Shown: one piece after another, positions 26,056 to 35,872 of the stretch | How positions within the stretch are numbered: position 1 is the first letter of the stretch | How the letters are laid out: each line of letters starts with the position of its first letter | NCBI GenBank assembly: GCA_046086305.1 | Contig: JBJSXI010000044.1 | Span: 9,916-73,915, forward strand | Source of the DNA: Ilumatobacteraceae bacterium | Lineage (GTDB): Bacteria > Actinomycetota > Acidimicrobiia > Acidimicrobiales > Ilumatobacteraceae | Direction of reading: 5' to 3' | DNA: 64,000 nt | The notes under the pieces: model-generated | What the model saw: only the letters and a program-made list of their open reading frames with translations | What the model was told of the DNA's origin: nothing | The model's database searches: none | Position numbers and translations under genes: made by a program

Positions 26056-27363
26056 TCAGCCGGCGGGCGTGGGTGGCCGCTTCGGCGCTCGTGCGGCCGG
26101 GCGGGTCGGCCGCAGTGGCTTGGGCTGGGCGGCGGTCGAGGAGACCTCGATCCCGAACAGTGCGGCGATCTGGGGGAGCGCCGGGCCGAGACGCCGGACG
26201 GTGGCGACGAGCTCGTCACTCGATTGGGTCGGCGGTGCAGTGGCCTTGATCTGCTGACGCACCGGACTGAACGCCGCCGCCTCGAGCACGGCGACCCAGC
26301 GGTCGGCGAGCGCATCCGTGGTGAGATTCTCCGAGGCTGCCGCGGCGAGGCGAGCCGCGAGTTCGCTCGGGAAGCGAATCCCCGCCTTCGGGGGCTGCGA
26401 CGACAACTTGAGTGCTCTGACCACACGACCGACACCGAGGGCGGCGTCGATGTCAGCGAGCCACAACTCGAGTTCGCGCTCCTGGCGAGTGGTCAGTGCT
26501 GCCTTCAGCGCGGCGGCGAGCTCACGGGTCGACTCATCGCGGGCGACCATCGGATCATCGGCGGCGACCACGACGCTGCGCAGATCGCGCAGGTCGAGCT
26601 GATCGACCTCGGCCAGTGCCGCATCAGCACGGTCGCGCCACTCGGCGACCCGGAGGCCGGGCTGCAGATCTTCGGCCAACTTGAGCAGACCCTTCTCGTC
26701 GACCGTCGGTGCACCTTGCTCGCGAAGGGCTGCGTTCTGCGCCGCGATCGCCTGTCGAACGGCGGGAATGCCGCCCTGAAGGAGCGGCTCGGCGACGACG
26801 CGTTCGGCGGGGCCGAGCGCACCGAGCGCTGCGTCGCGGTGCACCCGCCCCGGACGGAGCCGCTTGGCCTTCGGACGCTGCGGCAACTCGGGGGGCGCCT
26901 CGAAGCGGGGACGGCGCTCGGGCCGCCGACCACGGTCGGGTCGCGGACTGCGATCGGTCCGTGCGCCGCGGTCACTTCGTCCGTCGGCGGGCCCCGCCGA
27001 CGCATCGCGGCGTGGTCCACGGCGCTCACCGTCGCGACGCGGACCCCGACGATCGTCCGATCGCCGGTCACCTCGCTCGCGACGGGCGAGTTGCTGGGTG
27101 ACGCCCTCGAAGGGCGCATCGTTCACCTTGAGCTCGAGCAGGTTCCCCTTGCCCTCACGCTCCTTGATCACCGCGACGGAGAGAATCGTGATGCCGTCGA
27201 CGTCGTGGTCGGCCTCGGCTCGCAGGACCGCACCCACCGCCGCACCGGCGGGGACGAGGCTGCCGGCGACGACACCGCGGGGCTGCTGGGCCCCTGCCGC
27301 CCGCCACGTCCACGTGCCATCGGGGCGCGCACTGGTGAGCTCGATGTCGATCCGTCGGGACAT
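26056..27363 (-). CDS. conserved hypothetical protein with central Arg/Asp/Pro-rich low-complexity linker
   Basis: ATG at 27363 (MSRRIDIELTSARPDGTWTWRAAG...). About 75 aa of RRERGDRRSDDRRGPRRDGERRGPRRD...RPERRPRF separate a small N-domain from a helical C-domain. Confidence 0.55.
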   Translation of the reverse strand: MSRRIDIELTSARPDGTWTWRAAGAQQPRGVVAGSLVPAGAAVGAVLRAEADHDVDGITILSVAVIKEREGKGNLLELKVNDAPFEGVTQQLARRERGDRRSDDRRGPRRDGERRGPRRDASAGPADGRSDRGARTDRSPRPDRGRRPERRPRFEAPPELPQRPKAKRLRPGRVHRDAALGALGPAERVVAEPLLQGGIPAVRQAIAAQNAALREQGAPTVDEKGLLKLAEDLQPGLRVAEWRDRADAALAEVDQLDLRDLRSVVVAADDPMVARDESTRELAAALKAALTTRQERELELWLADIDAALGVGRVVRALKLSSQPPKAGIRFPSELAARLAAAASENLTTDALADRWVAVLEAAAFSPVRQQIKATAPPTQSSDELVATVRRLGPALPQIAALFGIEVSSTAAQPKPLRPTRPAARAPKRPPTPAG

Positions 27364-27428
27364 GGGCGCCCACGGTATCGGTTCGGGGCACCTCGCTCCA
27401 CCGCCGGGCAGGCCGGTACTGTGCGCGC

Positions 27429-27947
27429 ATGGGCATCTACGCGCTCGGGGAGCGGCATCCCGACATCCACCCGGACGCATATGTGCACCCCGAGGCGGTC
27501 ATCATCGGCGATGTCTCGATCGGGCCGGAGAGCAGTATCTGGCCCGGAGCCGTGTTGCGAGGTGACGACGGGTTCATCCGGATCGGTGCCCGCACGAGTA
27601 TCCAGGACAACGCGGTCATCCACACCACCCCACACACGCCGACACTCGTCGGCGACGACTGCGTCGTCGGTCATCTGGTCCACCTCGAGGGATGCACGGT
27701 CGAGGACTGGTGCCTCATCGGCAATGCGAGTGTCGTGCTGCACCGGGTCGTGGTGCGCTCGGGGGCGATCGTTGCGGCGAACGCCGTGGTGTTGAACGAC
27801 ACGGAGGTGCCCCCGAACGCCTTGGCGGTCGGTACGCCCGCCGCGATCAAGGCCGACCGGGCGCGACGCGCCGACATCGAACGCGGCGTCGAGGCCTACC
27901 GCCGTCGCGCCGCGACGTATCGGGGCCTGCTGCGCCGTCTCGACTGA
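27429..27947 (+). CDS. gamma-class carbonic anhydrase / hexapeptide-repeat (LbH) protein (YrdA/PaaY-like)
   Basis: DAYVHPEAVIIGDVSIGPESSIWPGAVLRGD followed by hexapeptide repeats. Confidence 0.82.
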   Translation: MGIYALGERHPDIHPDAYVHPEAVIIGDVSIGPESSIWPGAVLRGDDGFIRIGARTSIQDNAVIHTTPHTPTLVGDDCVVGHLVHLEGCTVEDWCLIGNASVVLHRVVVRSGAIVAANAVVLNDTEVPPNALAVGTPAAIKADRARRADIERGVEAYRRRAATYRGLLRRLD

Positions 27948-28723
27948 TGCGCGCCCTCGTCGTCACCGTTGCGGCTCACGAGGTCGAGGTCGCCAGTGAT
28001 GCGCTGTGGGCACTCGGCGTGATGGCCGTCGAGGAGCGACCGGGTCCGGACGGCTCGATCGAATTGTGGACGAGCCTCGACGGTGCCGACCCTGGCCCAC
28101 TCGCCTGGCCGTGGCGAGAGGAGACGATCGACACCGCAGTTGCCGATACGTGGAAGGCATTCGCCCGCCCCACATTCGTGACACCGGATATCGCCATCGT
28201 GCCGACGTGGGTCGAGGCACCCCACGTCTCGACAGCGATTCGGATCGACCCTGCGGCAACCTTCGGGATGGGCGATCACCCGACGACGCTGCTCACCGCG
28301 CGCGCCCTACAGCGTGGACTGCATCCGGGTGAGTGTGTCCTCGACGTCGGCTGCGGCAGCGGTGTCCTCGCGATCCTCGCCGCCCGCTGCGGCGCGAGTG
28401 CGGTCAGCGCGATCGACATCTCACCCGCGGCGATCGCCGCCACTGCGAGCAATGCCGCGATCAACGGCGTCGTCATCGACGCATCGACCACGCCGCTCGC
28501 GGAGGTGGCCGGTGTCTACGACCTCGTGGTGGCCAACATCCTCGCGCCGGTGCTGCTCGACCTCGCCCACGACCTGCGCCGGGTGACCGGCCGACGGCTC
28601 ATCCTGAGCGGACTCCTGGCGACCCGATACGAGCACGTGGTCGCTGCGCTCGCGCCGATGGTCGTCGACCAGGTCGACGAGCTCGACGGGTGGGTCGCCG
28701 TCAGCGTCTCCGCAGCACCGTGA
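27947..28723 (+). CDS. prmA: ribosomal protein L11 methyltransferase-like SAM-dependent methyltransferase
   Basis: The start shares one base with the upstream stop (TGATG). FGMGDHPTT and VLDVGCGSGVLAI motifs, followed by LVVANI. Confidence 0.72.
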   Translation: MRALVVTVAAHEVEVASDALWALGVMAVEERPGPDGSIELWTSLDGADPGPLAWPWREETIDTAVADTWKAFARPTFVTPDIAIVPTWVEAPHVSTAIRIDPAATFGMGDHPTTLLTARALQRGLHPGECVLDVGCGSGVLAILAARCGASAVSAIDISPAAIAATASNAAINGVVIDASTTPLAEVAGVYDLVVANILAPVLLDLAHDLRRVTGRRLILSGLLATRYEHVVAALAPMVVDQVDELDGWVAVSVSAAP

Positions 28724-30260
28724 GCGCCGCATTGCGGCCACTCGCGCCCCATACCCCTGCGCCGGGGAACGTCGCCGCTCCGGTGAGGTAGAGGCCGTCC
28801 ACCGCCGTCTCGTAGCGCGTCAGCTCGGGATGGGTCGGGCGCAGCACCGCGAGAGGTCCACCAGCGAAACTCGTCGCATGACCATGGGGGAGGCGGAACT
28901 CTCGCTCGTAGGTGTCGGGGGTGACGGCCCGCCACTCCACGATCGTCTCGGCGAACGGGCCGTCGACGAGCGTGCCGTACAGGTCGAGCCAGCGGGCTGG
29001 CTCGGTGCTGCCGGCCCATCCGCCGCGGAGTCCGTACGGGGTGAAGAGGGCTTCGAGACTGAACACGTGACGACCCTCTGGCGCAACCGATGGATCGTCG
29101 ATCGTCGGCGTGTTGGCGAGGAACGCCGGCCGGGGGAGCACCTGTCCGGCACCCATCAACTCGAATCCACGATGCATGTCGGCGATCGACGGGGCGACGA
29201 CGTGGGTGGCTGCGACGGCCTCGGGCAACCCACCCTCGACCGCCGCCCGACACCGAGGCGCAGCAGTCAGCACGGCATCGAGTTTCGATTCGTAGCCGTC
29301 GCTGTGCGGCACGGTCTGCCATCTGCGCACGAGCCGAGCCGCACGGTCGGGGGGTGAGGTGAGCCAGCGGAGGAACGTGTCGTGCGGATTACACGCGCTC
29401 ACCACGACATCGGCGGTGATCTCGGTCCCGTCCGCGAGCACGACCCCTCTCACTCCGTCGCCCTCACAGGTGATCGCACTGACCGACGTCCCCGTGTACA
29501 CCTGACCGCCGGCCCGCTCGAAGGCCAGTAGCAGGGTCCGTGGCACCTCGCCGCTCCCACCGATCGGCCGGCCGACCGTGGCGGCATGACGGAATGCGTA
29601 GGTCAGCGCCCCGAGACCGGTGCCGGGGAACTCCGGTGAGACACCCCAGACCATCGGTCCGACGACCAGACCCGGTGACTGGAGCGCATCGGCCGAGAAG
29701 TACGAGCGCATGATCTCCGCTGCACTGCGCCGACTCCACCGCAGGAGCGTCGCGGCACCGCGACCGCGCGTACTCGCGATCCGTCGCAGGAGACCGCCGA
29801 CACTCGGGACCTCGTTCGCCGCATCGAGGACCAGACGAACTGCCGGCAGGGCGTCCTCGAGATAGCGGCGGTAGGCAGGGACCTCGGCGGGATAGGACCG
29901 GGCGATCGACGCAATGGTCTCCTCGACCGAATGATGGATCGCCCATGCCGGTCCGCCCGACCACACCATGTTCACCTGCGAGGGAGCAACGTCGTGATAG
30001 CGCAGCCCCAGGTCGGCGAGCCCCAACTCGTCGGCGATGGGGGTCGAGCGGAACGTCAGGTGATCGCAGTTGCAGATGTTCACCGTCGCGCCGGCGAACG
30101 TCTCGCTGCCCGCAGTGCCACCCACGACGTCTCGCGCCTCGATGAGCAGCGTCCGCAGGCCCGCCCGGGCGAGATAGGCGGCACAGACGAGGCCGTTGTG
30201 ACCCGCACCGATGACGATCGCATCACGGTCGCGGGATCCCACGGCGACATTCTGCACCAC
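28701..30260 (-). CDS. phytoene-desaturase-family NAD(P)/FAD-dependent oxidoreductase (CrtI-like)
   Basis: Dinucleotide fold DAIVIGAGHNGLVCAAYLARAGLRTLLIEARDVVGG. C-terminal LYLTGAATFPGAGVWG. The 3' end overlaps the prmA 3' end by 23 nt. Confidence 0.8.
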   Translation of the reverse strand: MVQNVAVGSRDRDAIVIGAGHNGLVCAAYLARAGLRTLLIEARDVVGGTAGSETFAGATVNICNCDHLTFRSTPIADELGLADLGLRYHDVAPSQVNMVWSGGPAWAIHHSVEETIASIARSYPAEVPAYRRYLEDALPAVRLVLDAANEVPSVGGLLRRIASTRGRGAATLLRWSRRSAAEIMRSYFSADALQSPGLVVGPMVWGVSPEFPGTGLGALTYAFRHAATVGRPIGGSGEVPRTLLLAFERAGGQVYTGTSVSAITCEGDGVRGVVLADGTEITADVVVSACNPHDTFLRWLTSPPDRAARLVRRWQTVPHSDGYESKLDAVLTAAPRCRAAVEGGLPEAVAATHVVAPSIADMHRGFELMGAGQVLPRPAFLANTPTIDDPSVAPEGRHVFSLEALFTPYGLRGGWAGSTEPARWLDLYGTLVDGPFAETIVEWRAVTPDTYEREFRLPHGHATSFAGGPLAVLRPTHPELTRYETAVDGLYLTGAATFPGAGVWGASGRNAALTVLRRR

Positions 30261-30297
30261 CGATGCGTCTGCGGCGCCACAGGGCTATCGTGCGGCC

Positions 30298-31071
30298 GTG
30301 TCCCGGTTCATCCCCGACCTGTCGGCCCCTCGCCTCGCCGAATTGATCGGCCCTCGGAGCATCATCGTCCAGCCGCTCGGCGCGATCGAACAGCACGGCC
30401 CACATCTCCCACTCAGCACCGACAGCGTCATCGCGTCGGCCGTGGCTCGCGCAGCGGTGGATCGCGTGGGGGACGAGTTCGACGTCTGGCTGCTCCCGAC
30501 CCTCGACTACACCAAGAGCAACGAACATGCCTGGTCGCCGGGCACCGTGTGGCTCTCGGCGACGACCTTGCTCCTAGTCCTCGACGATCTCGGACGGTGC
30601 ATCGCGTTGACCGGGGCGCAACGGTTGGTGTTCCTGAACGGACACGGCGGCAACAGTTCACTCGGCAGCGTGGCAAATCGCGACCTGCGGCTCGCCCACG
30701 GTCTGATGACCTTCCTCGCCCATCCCGGGGTGCCGCCCGACCAGGGCGGCGAGTCGGCGGCGAACGAACTGGGGATGGGTGTCCACGGCGGTCACGACGA
30801 GACCTCGCTGATGCTCCACCTGGTCCCTCATCTCGTCGACATGGCGAAGGCCGAGCGCCGTGTTCCCGAGGGGCTGGCCGACAACACCTATGTGCGCTTC
30901 GGTGGTCAGGTCAGCTTCGGCTGGCTGAGCAACGACTTCCATCCGGATGGGTACATCGGCGATCCGACCGGAGCCAACGCCGACCACGGCAGTCGGCTCT
31001 TCGAGGGAGCCGTCAGCGCGTTCTGCGCGGCACTCGGGGAGATCGCCCGATTCGACTTCGGGCGATCATGA
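30298..31071 (+). CDS. creatininase-family amidohydrolase
   Basis: VQPLGAIEQHGPHLPLSTD and NGHGGN motifs. GTG 30298 chosen as the start. Confidence 0.78.
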   Translation: MSRFIPDLSAPRLAELIGPRSIIVQPLGAIEQHGPHLPLSTDSVIASAVARAAVDRVGDEFDVWLLPTLDYTKSNEHAWSPGTVWLSATTLLLVLDDLGRCIALTGAQRLVFLNGHGGNSSLGSVANRDLRLAHGLMTFLAHPGVPPDQGGESAANELGMGVHGGHDETSLMLHLVPHLVDMAKAERRVPEGLADNTYVRFGGQVSFGWLSNDFHPDGYIGDPTGANADHGSRLFEGAVSAFCAALGEIARFDFGRS

Positions 31072-32345
31072 GCACGGCGCCCTCCTCGACGCACGACCTC
31101 CGGGTTGACATCGATCGCCTGTGGCGTCGCATCGAGCAACTCGGCGAGATCGGCGCCGTGATCGGTCCGAACGGCGAGCGCGGCAACGCCCGGCTCGCCC
31201 TCACCGACGCCGACCGGGACGGGCGCGACCTCGTCGTCGCCTGGATGCGCGACCTCGACCTGACGGTGACGATCGATGCGATCGGCAACGTCATCGGCAC
31301 GATGGCGGGACTCGACACGACCGCTGCGCCCGTGATGATCGGCTCACACATCGACACCGTGCGGACCGGCGGTCGCTTCGACGGCAACCTCGGTGTGCTC
31401 GCCGGCCTCGAGATCGTCGAGGTCCTCCGGTCGGCCGGGATGACACCTCGCCGACCCCTCAGCGTGGCGTTCTTCACCAACGAGGAGGGGGCACGTTTCG
31501 CCCCCGACATGCTCGGCAGTCTCGTGCATGTCGGCGGCATGCCGCTCGAGGAGGCCCTCGACGTCCGCGCAACAGATGACGGGGCGCGACTCGGCGAGGA
31601 ATTGTCGAGGATCGGCTATGCGGGACCGATGCCGTGCCCGACGGCGGGTGCGCCCCACCGGTTCTTCGAGCTGCACATCGAACAGGGTCCGGTTCTCGAG
31701 GATGAAGGCATCACGATCGGGGTCGTCACCGGCGTCCAGGGCATCTCGTGGACCGAGCTGACGATCACCGGTCAGTCCGCCCATGCCGGCACCACCCCGA
31801 TGCGCCTGCGCCACGACCCCGGACTGGTCGCCTCGTCCATCGCCGTCGGTGTCCGGAACATCGCTGCGGACATGGGCGGCACCCAAGTGGCCACGGTCGG
31901 TCGACTCGAGTTCCACCCGAACCTGGTCAACGTGGTGCCCGCACGGGTCGTGATGACGGTTGATCTCCGCAACACCGATGAGATGCTCCTGCGCTCGGCG
32001 GAGCGCCAGTTCCAGACACTGTGCGACGAGACTGCGCGCGCCGAGGGTGTGACGATCGAGCGGCGAACCCTTGCGCGGTTCGAACCGGTCGACTTCGACC
32101 CGGCGATGATCGACCTCGTGGAGGCAACCGCGCGCCGACTCGGATACTCGACCCGCAGGATGCCGAGCGGCGCAGGTCACGATGCGCAGATGCTCGCCCG
32201 GATCTGCCCGACCGCCATGGTGTTCGTGCCCAGTGTCGATGGCCTGTCGCACAATCTGGCCGAGTACACCACTCCCGCCGACATCGCTGCAGGAGCCGAT
32301 GTGCTTCTGCAGGTCGTGGTCGACCAACTCGACAACGTGTCCTGA
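31068..32345 (+). CDS. M20-family Zn hydrolase, N-carbamoyl-L-amino-acid / allantoate amidohydrolase type
   Basis: ATGA overlap with the creatininase stop. MIGSHIDTVRTGGRFDGNLGVLAGLE and SGAGHDAQ motifs. Confidence 0.82.
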   Translation: MSTAPSSTHDLRVDIDRLWRRIEQLGEIGAVIGPNGERGNARLALTDADRDGRDLVVAWMRDLDLTVTIDAIGNVIGTMAGLDTTAAPVMIGSHIDTVRTGGRFDGNLGVLAGLEIVEVLRSAGMTPRRPLSVAFFTNEEGARFAPDMLGSLVHVGGMPLEEALDVRATDDGARLGEELSRIGYAGPMPCPTAGAPHRFFELHIEQGPVLEDEGITIGVVTGVQGISWTELTITGQSAHAGTTPMRLRHDPGLVASSIAVGVRNIAADMGGTQVATVGRLEFHPNLVNVVPARVVMTVDLRNTDEMLLRSAERQFQTLCDETARAEGVTIERRTLARFEPVDFDPAMIDLVEATARRLGYSTRRMPSGAGHDAQMLARICPTAMVFVPSVDGLSHNLAEYTTPADIAAGADVLLQVVVDQLDNVS

Positions 32346-32350
32346 ACGCG

Positions 32351-32383
32351 CCACGGGGGCCGGCTCGACGCCGACCCCCGTGG
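32351..32383. terminator. 9-bp stem hairpin between convergent amidohydrolase and SBP genes
   Basis: CCACGGGGG-N15-CCCCCGTGG. Begins 6 nt after the plus-strand stop; its end lies 23 nt beyond the minus-strand stop. The loop is long and there is no U tract. Confidence 0.4.
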
Positions 32384-32405
32384 GTATGTCAGATGCTCGA
32401 TCGGC

Positions 32406-33518
32406 TCAGCGGCCGGGAGCGTCCTTGCAGTACGTGTTGTCGTAGGTCGTGGTCACGTCGTCGGTGACGGTCGTGCCCTGTGCCTCGAAGATCGGCTTGA
32501 GCAGGTCGTACATCGCCTGCACCTTGCCCGGATCGAGGGTGCAATACGTGCCGTCGGGGCTGTTGTCGCCAATGCCCTTCTCGTCGAGCAACTTCAGACC
32601 GGCCTCGTTCAGTCCCTCGCTGAGGAACCAGAACCCGTCGTAGGTCTCGTTGATCTCGATCATCTTGTCGGTGACCGGCGTGGGTTCGTTGAAGAAGTCG
32701 ACCCATGCCTGCTGCATCTTCGGGACGAGCAGCTTGAGGCAATCGTCGAGCTCCTCAGCCTTGTCGCGCATCATGGTGATCGCTGCCGGGTAGTTGTCGA
32801 AGCCGAGTTCCTTGACCGTGAAGAAGGACACGTCGGCCGGAGCCCCGTCCTTCCAAGCGATCTCGTTCTCGTACTTGTACACCTCGTTGGTGGCGAATCC
32901 CTGCTGGATGACCGAACCGCCATCGGCGACCCACTTCGCATCGGACCCGTCGTAGCTCGGGTTGCTCTGCTCGGCGGTCATGTACCCCTTGCCGATCATG
33001 TAGTCGATGTACGACACACCCGGGAAGTGGAGCACCGTGGCGCCCGTGCCGGCGATGTCCTCGGGCTTCTGGATGTCGTACTGGGTCGGGTCCCACATCA
33101 CCATCTGCGGATCCTGATCGAGGGTCTTGGCAATGGCGACCATGTCGATGGCGCCCGAGTCCTTGATGACATCCGCGATACCGATGTAGGCCATGTCGGC
33201 CTCACCGTCGAGGAGCACGGCACTGTTCTGCTTGTCGAAGTTGACCGTCTTGATCTCGATCTCCTTCAGACCGCCGACGGCGTACTGCTCCTGCACAGTA
33301 CCCGAGTACGACTGGCTCTCCTTGCTCGCGGTGCCGTTCGGACCGATGAGCTGGTAGGTGCCGCCGTGCTCGAGCTCGGGATACCAGTCGGTCTGGATGA
33401 CCAACTTCTCGGGGCAGACGTCGCCACTCGACGAACCGTCGGAATCGTCGCCGCAGGCGACGCCGAGGGCTCCGAACGAGAGCAGCGCGACGAACGCCGC
33501 TGTCTTCCTTGCTGTCAT
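32406..33518 (-). CDS. ABC transporter substrate-binding lipoprotein, NMT1/THI5 (TauA/ThiY/RibY-like) family
   Basis: GGAGGAAACAC precedes ATG 33518. Lipobox LGVAC. QTDWYPELEHGGTYQ is typical of NMT1-type binding proteins. Confidence 0.8.
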   Translation of the reverse strand: MTARKTAAFVALLSFGALGVACGDDSDGSSSGDVCPEKLVIQTDWYPELEHGGTYQLIGPNGTASKESQSYSGTVQEQYAVGGLKEIEIKTVNFDKQNSAVLLDGEADMAYIGIADVIKDSGAIDMVAIAKTLDQDPQMVMWDPTQYDIQKPEDIAGTGATVLHFPGVSYIDYMIGKGYMTAEQSNPSYDGSDAKWVADGGSVIQQGFATNEVYKYENEIAWKDGAPADVSFFTVKELGFDNYPAAITMMRDKAEELDDCLKLLVPKMQQAWVDFFNEPTPVTDKMIEINETYDGFWFLSEGLNEAGLKLLDEKGIGDNSPDGTYCTLDPGKVQAMYDLLKPIFEAQGTTVTDDVTTTYDNTYCKDAPGR

Positions 33519-33544
33519 GTGTTTCCTCCCCTGGTTGGTGTGGC

Positions 33545-34447
33545 TCACGACCGGCGCCGAGCGGATTCGTGCCAGTTGCGAATGGCGCGGGTGGTGACCC
33601 ACCCGACGATCAGGAACATCACGACGCCGAACAACGAGGCCGTGATCGTGCCGGCGAACATCTCTGGCCGGTTGGCTGCCCGCTGCTGCTTGTTGCGGAT
33701 GTAGAAGCCGATGCCCTTGTCGCCTCGGGCGAAGAAGAAGTCGGCGACGATCGAGCCGATCACCGCACCGCCAGAGGCGATCCGTACACCGGTCATCATC
33801 GCCGGGAGCGCACTCGGCAGCTCGAGTTTGCGCAGTCGGGTCCATCGGCTGACCCTGCTGAGGGTGAACAGGTCGTGGTGCAGTTGATCGGTCGACTGCA
33901 GCCCGAACAGGGTGTTCGTGATGACGGGGAAGATCGCGATGAGCACAGTGACCACGAGCCGCACACCCAACTCCTCACCGAACAGCTGGGTGAGCAGTGG
34001 CGTGATGGCGAGGATGGGGATCGTCTGGAGGACGACGGCGTATGGGAAAAACGCCCGCTCGAGACCCTTCGAGAGGTTCATCACCACGGCGAAGGCCGTG
34101 CCGAGGACAATGGCGATGATCAACCCGAGCAGGGTCACCTTCACCGTCGGCCACATGTAGCCGAGGATCGGGCGGAGGCCATTGGTGGCATCCCATAACG
34201 GCATGAAGCCTTCGGAGACGACCTCGTGGGGGAAGGGCAGGGCGTTTCGTCGCCGCGCGGCATTGTCGTAGTTCAGCCAGCTGTAGAGGTACCAGACGCC
34301 CAAGAAGGCGAGGAACGTCACGAACGGGGGCCACATCCGCATGATCCACGAGGGCTCACGCTCGTCGTTGACTATCGCCGGCGGCGGTTCATCGATATCG
34401 GCCGAGGGATCGGCGGCGAGCGTGGTGATGTCGTGCAGTGCCGTCAT
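33545..34447 (-). CDS. ABC transporter permease (NitT/TauT family)
   Basis: ATGA overlap with the ATPase stop. Six hydrophobic segments and an EAA-like loop (LSRVSRWTRLRKLELPSALPAMMTG). Confidence 0.82.
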   Translation of the reverse strand: MTALHDITTLAADPSADIDEPPPAIVNDEREPSWIMRMWPPFVTFLAFLGVWYLYSWLNYDNAARRRNALPFPHEVVSEGFMPLWDATNGLRPILGYMWPTVKVTLLGLIIAIVLGTAFAVVMNLSKGLERAFFPYAVVLQTIPILAITPLLTQLFGEELGVRLVVTVLIAIFPVITNTLFGLQSTDQLHHDLFTLSRVSRWTRLRKLELPSALPAMMTGVRIASGGAVIGSIVADFFFARGDKGIGFYIRNKQQRAANRPEMFAGTITASLFGVVMFLIVGWVTTRAIRNWHESARRRS

Positions 34448-35196
34448 GCGTGCGCATCCTTGAGGTCGGCGCTGACCCGGCCGCACAGTTCGGCGAACTC
34501 GGCGTCGTAGCGCAGATCGTGTGGTCGGGGAAAGGCGAAGGGGACGTTGTAGTCGCCGACGATCCGGCCGGGTCGTGCCGACATGACGAGCACGCGCGTC
34601 GACAAGAAGACGGCCTCTTGGATGCTGTGGGTGATGAACAGACCGGCGAATCGTTCGATCTGGAACAGATTGATCAACTCGGTGTTCAGTCGCTCACGAG
34701 TGATCTCGTCGAGTGCGCCGAATGGCTCGTCGAAGAGGAAGACCTTCGGTCGCAGCACCAGTGACCGGGCGAGCGAACACCGCATTCGCATGCCACCCGA
34801 CAACTGCTTGGGGTACTTGTCCTCATGGCCGACGAGATTGACGAGTTGGATCGCCTTGTCGGCCTCGGCGGCTCGGGTGACCTTGTCGACCCCCTGTAAC
34901 TCTGCGTTCAGTTCGACGTTGCGGCGCACCGTGCGCCATGGCAGCAATGTCGGATCCTGGAACACGTAGCCGATGCTCGACCGGTCGACCTCGCACGTGC
35001 CTGCCGTATGCGGCTGCAAGCCCGAGGCGATGCGCAACAACGTGCTCTTGCCGCACCCCGATGGCCCGACCACGCTGACGAACTCGCCGGAACGCACGTC
35101 GAAGGACACATCGTCGACAGCGTGGGTGCCGTCGGGGAAGACCATCGACACATTGCGGAACCGCAGCGCCGGTGCGCCCGTGGACGGCGTGGACAT
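34444..35196 (-). CDS. ABC transporter ATP-binding protein (NitT/TauT family)
   Basis: Walker A GPSGCGKST, signature LSGGMRMR and Walker B VFLFDEP. Confidence 0.88.
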   Translation of the reverse strand: MSTPSTGAPALRFRNVSMVFPDGTHAVDDVSFDVRSGEFVSVVGPSGCGKSTLLRIASGLQPHTAGTCEVDRSSIGYVFQDPTLLPWRTVRRNVELNAELQGVDKVTRAAEADKAIQLVNLVGHEDKYPKQLSGGMRMRCSLARSLVLRPKVFLFDEPFGALDEITRERLNTELINLFQIERFAGLFITHSIQEAVFLSTRVLVMSARPGRIVGDYNVPFAFPRPHDLRYDAEFAELCGRVSADLKDAHA

Positions 35197-35272
35197 GTCA
35201 ACACCGTACTCGCGCCCGCAGACTGGCCCGGACGACCCCGTACGGAAAGTCAATCCACGGGACGAAACGACC

Positions 35273-35872
35273 TCAGGCAGACGGGCCGAGGTGCTCGATC
35301 AGGTGACCGAGCCGCTCGACCTTGGCCCGGAGGTAGGCCTCGTTCTCCGGTGTGGGCTCGGTGAGCGACGGCACCCGCTCGACGACGGTGATCCCGTGGG
35401 CCTCGAGACCGGCGCACTTGGCGGGGTTGTTGGTGACGAGGCGCACGGCACGAACACCGAGCTGGCCGAGGATCTCGGCTGCCTCGTCGTAGGTCCGCGC
35501 ATCGGCCGGGAGGCCTTGGGCCAGGTTGGCGTCGACGGTGTCGAGACCGGAGTCCTGCAGGCTGTAGGCGAGGATCTTGTGGCCGAGGCCGACACCGCGG
35601 CCCTCGTGACCACGCAGATACACCAGCACTCCACGGTCGGCGGCGGCGATCCGGGCGAGCGCAGCGTCGAGTTGGGCGCCACAGTCGCACCGGCGGCTGC
35701 CGAACACATCGCCGGTGAGGCACTCGGAGTGCACCCTGACGAGGACCGGCTCGGGTCCGCCGACATCGCCGCGAACGAGCGCCACGTGCTCGGCGCCGTC
35801 GCCGGCGTACACCTCGCACGCGAACGACCCATGGCGGGTGGGAACGGAGGCTCGGGCGATGTGGCGGATCAT
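35273..35872 (-). CDS. ribA: monofunctional GTP cyclohydrolase II
   Basis: ATGA overlap with the ribD stop. [21 protein letters not shown] (Zn site), [10 protein letters not shown] and NNPAK. 199 aa with no DHBP-synthase (RibB) domain. Confidence 0.88.
   Translation of the reverse strand: MIRHIARASVPTRHGSFACEVYAGDGAEHVALVRGDVGGPEPVLVRVHSECLTGDVFGSRRCDCGAQLDAALARIAAADRGVLVYLRGHEGRGVGLGHKILAYSLQDSGLDTVDANLAQGLPADARTYDEAAEILGQLGVRAVRLVTNNPAKCAGLEAHGITVVERVPSLTEPTPENEAYLRAKVERLGHLIEHLGPSA

Noticed and set aside
29931-31067. N-terminal 379 codons of the 804-aa track ORF 29931..32345
   Set aside because: This part is antisense to the CrtI-like gene and out of frame over the creatininase gene. Recognisable M20 amidohydrolase sequence begins only at ATG 31068, which overlaps the creatininase stop (ATGA).
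35197-35272. FMN riboswitch associated with ribD/ribA or the adjacent ABC importer
   Set aside because: Only 76 nt (before the transporter) and 21 nt (before the operon) are available, too short for an RFN element of about 130 nt or more. I could not see its conserved core.
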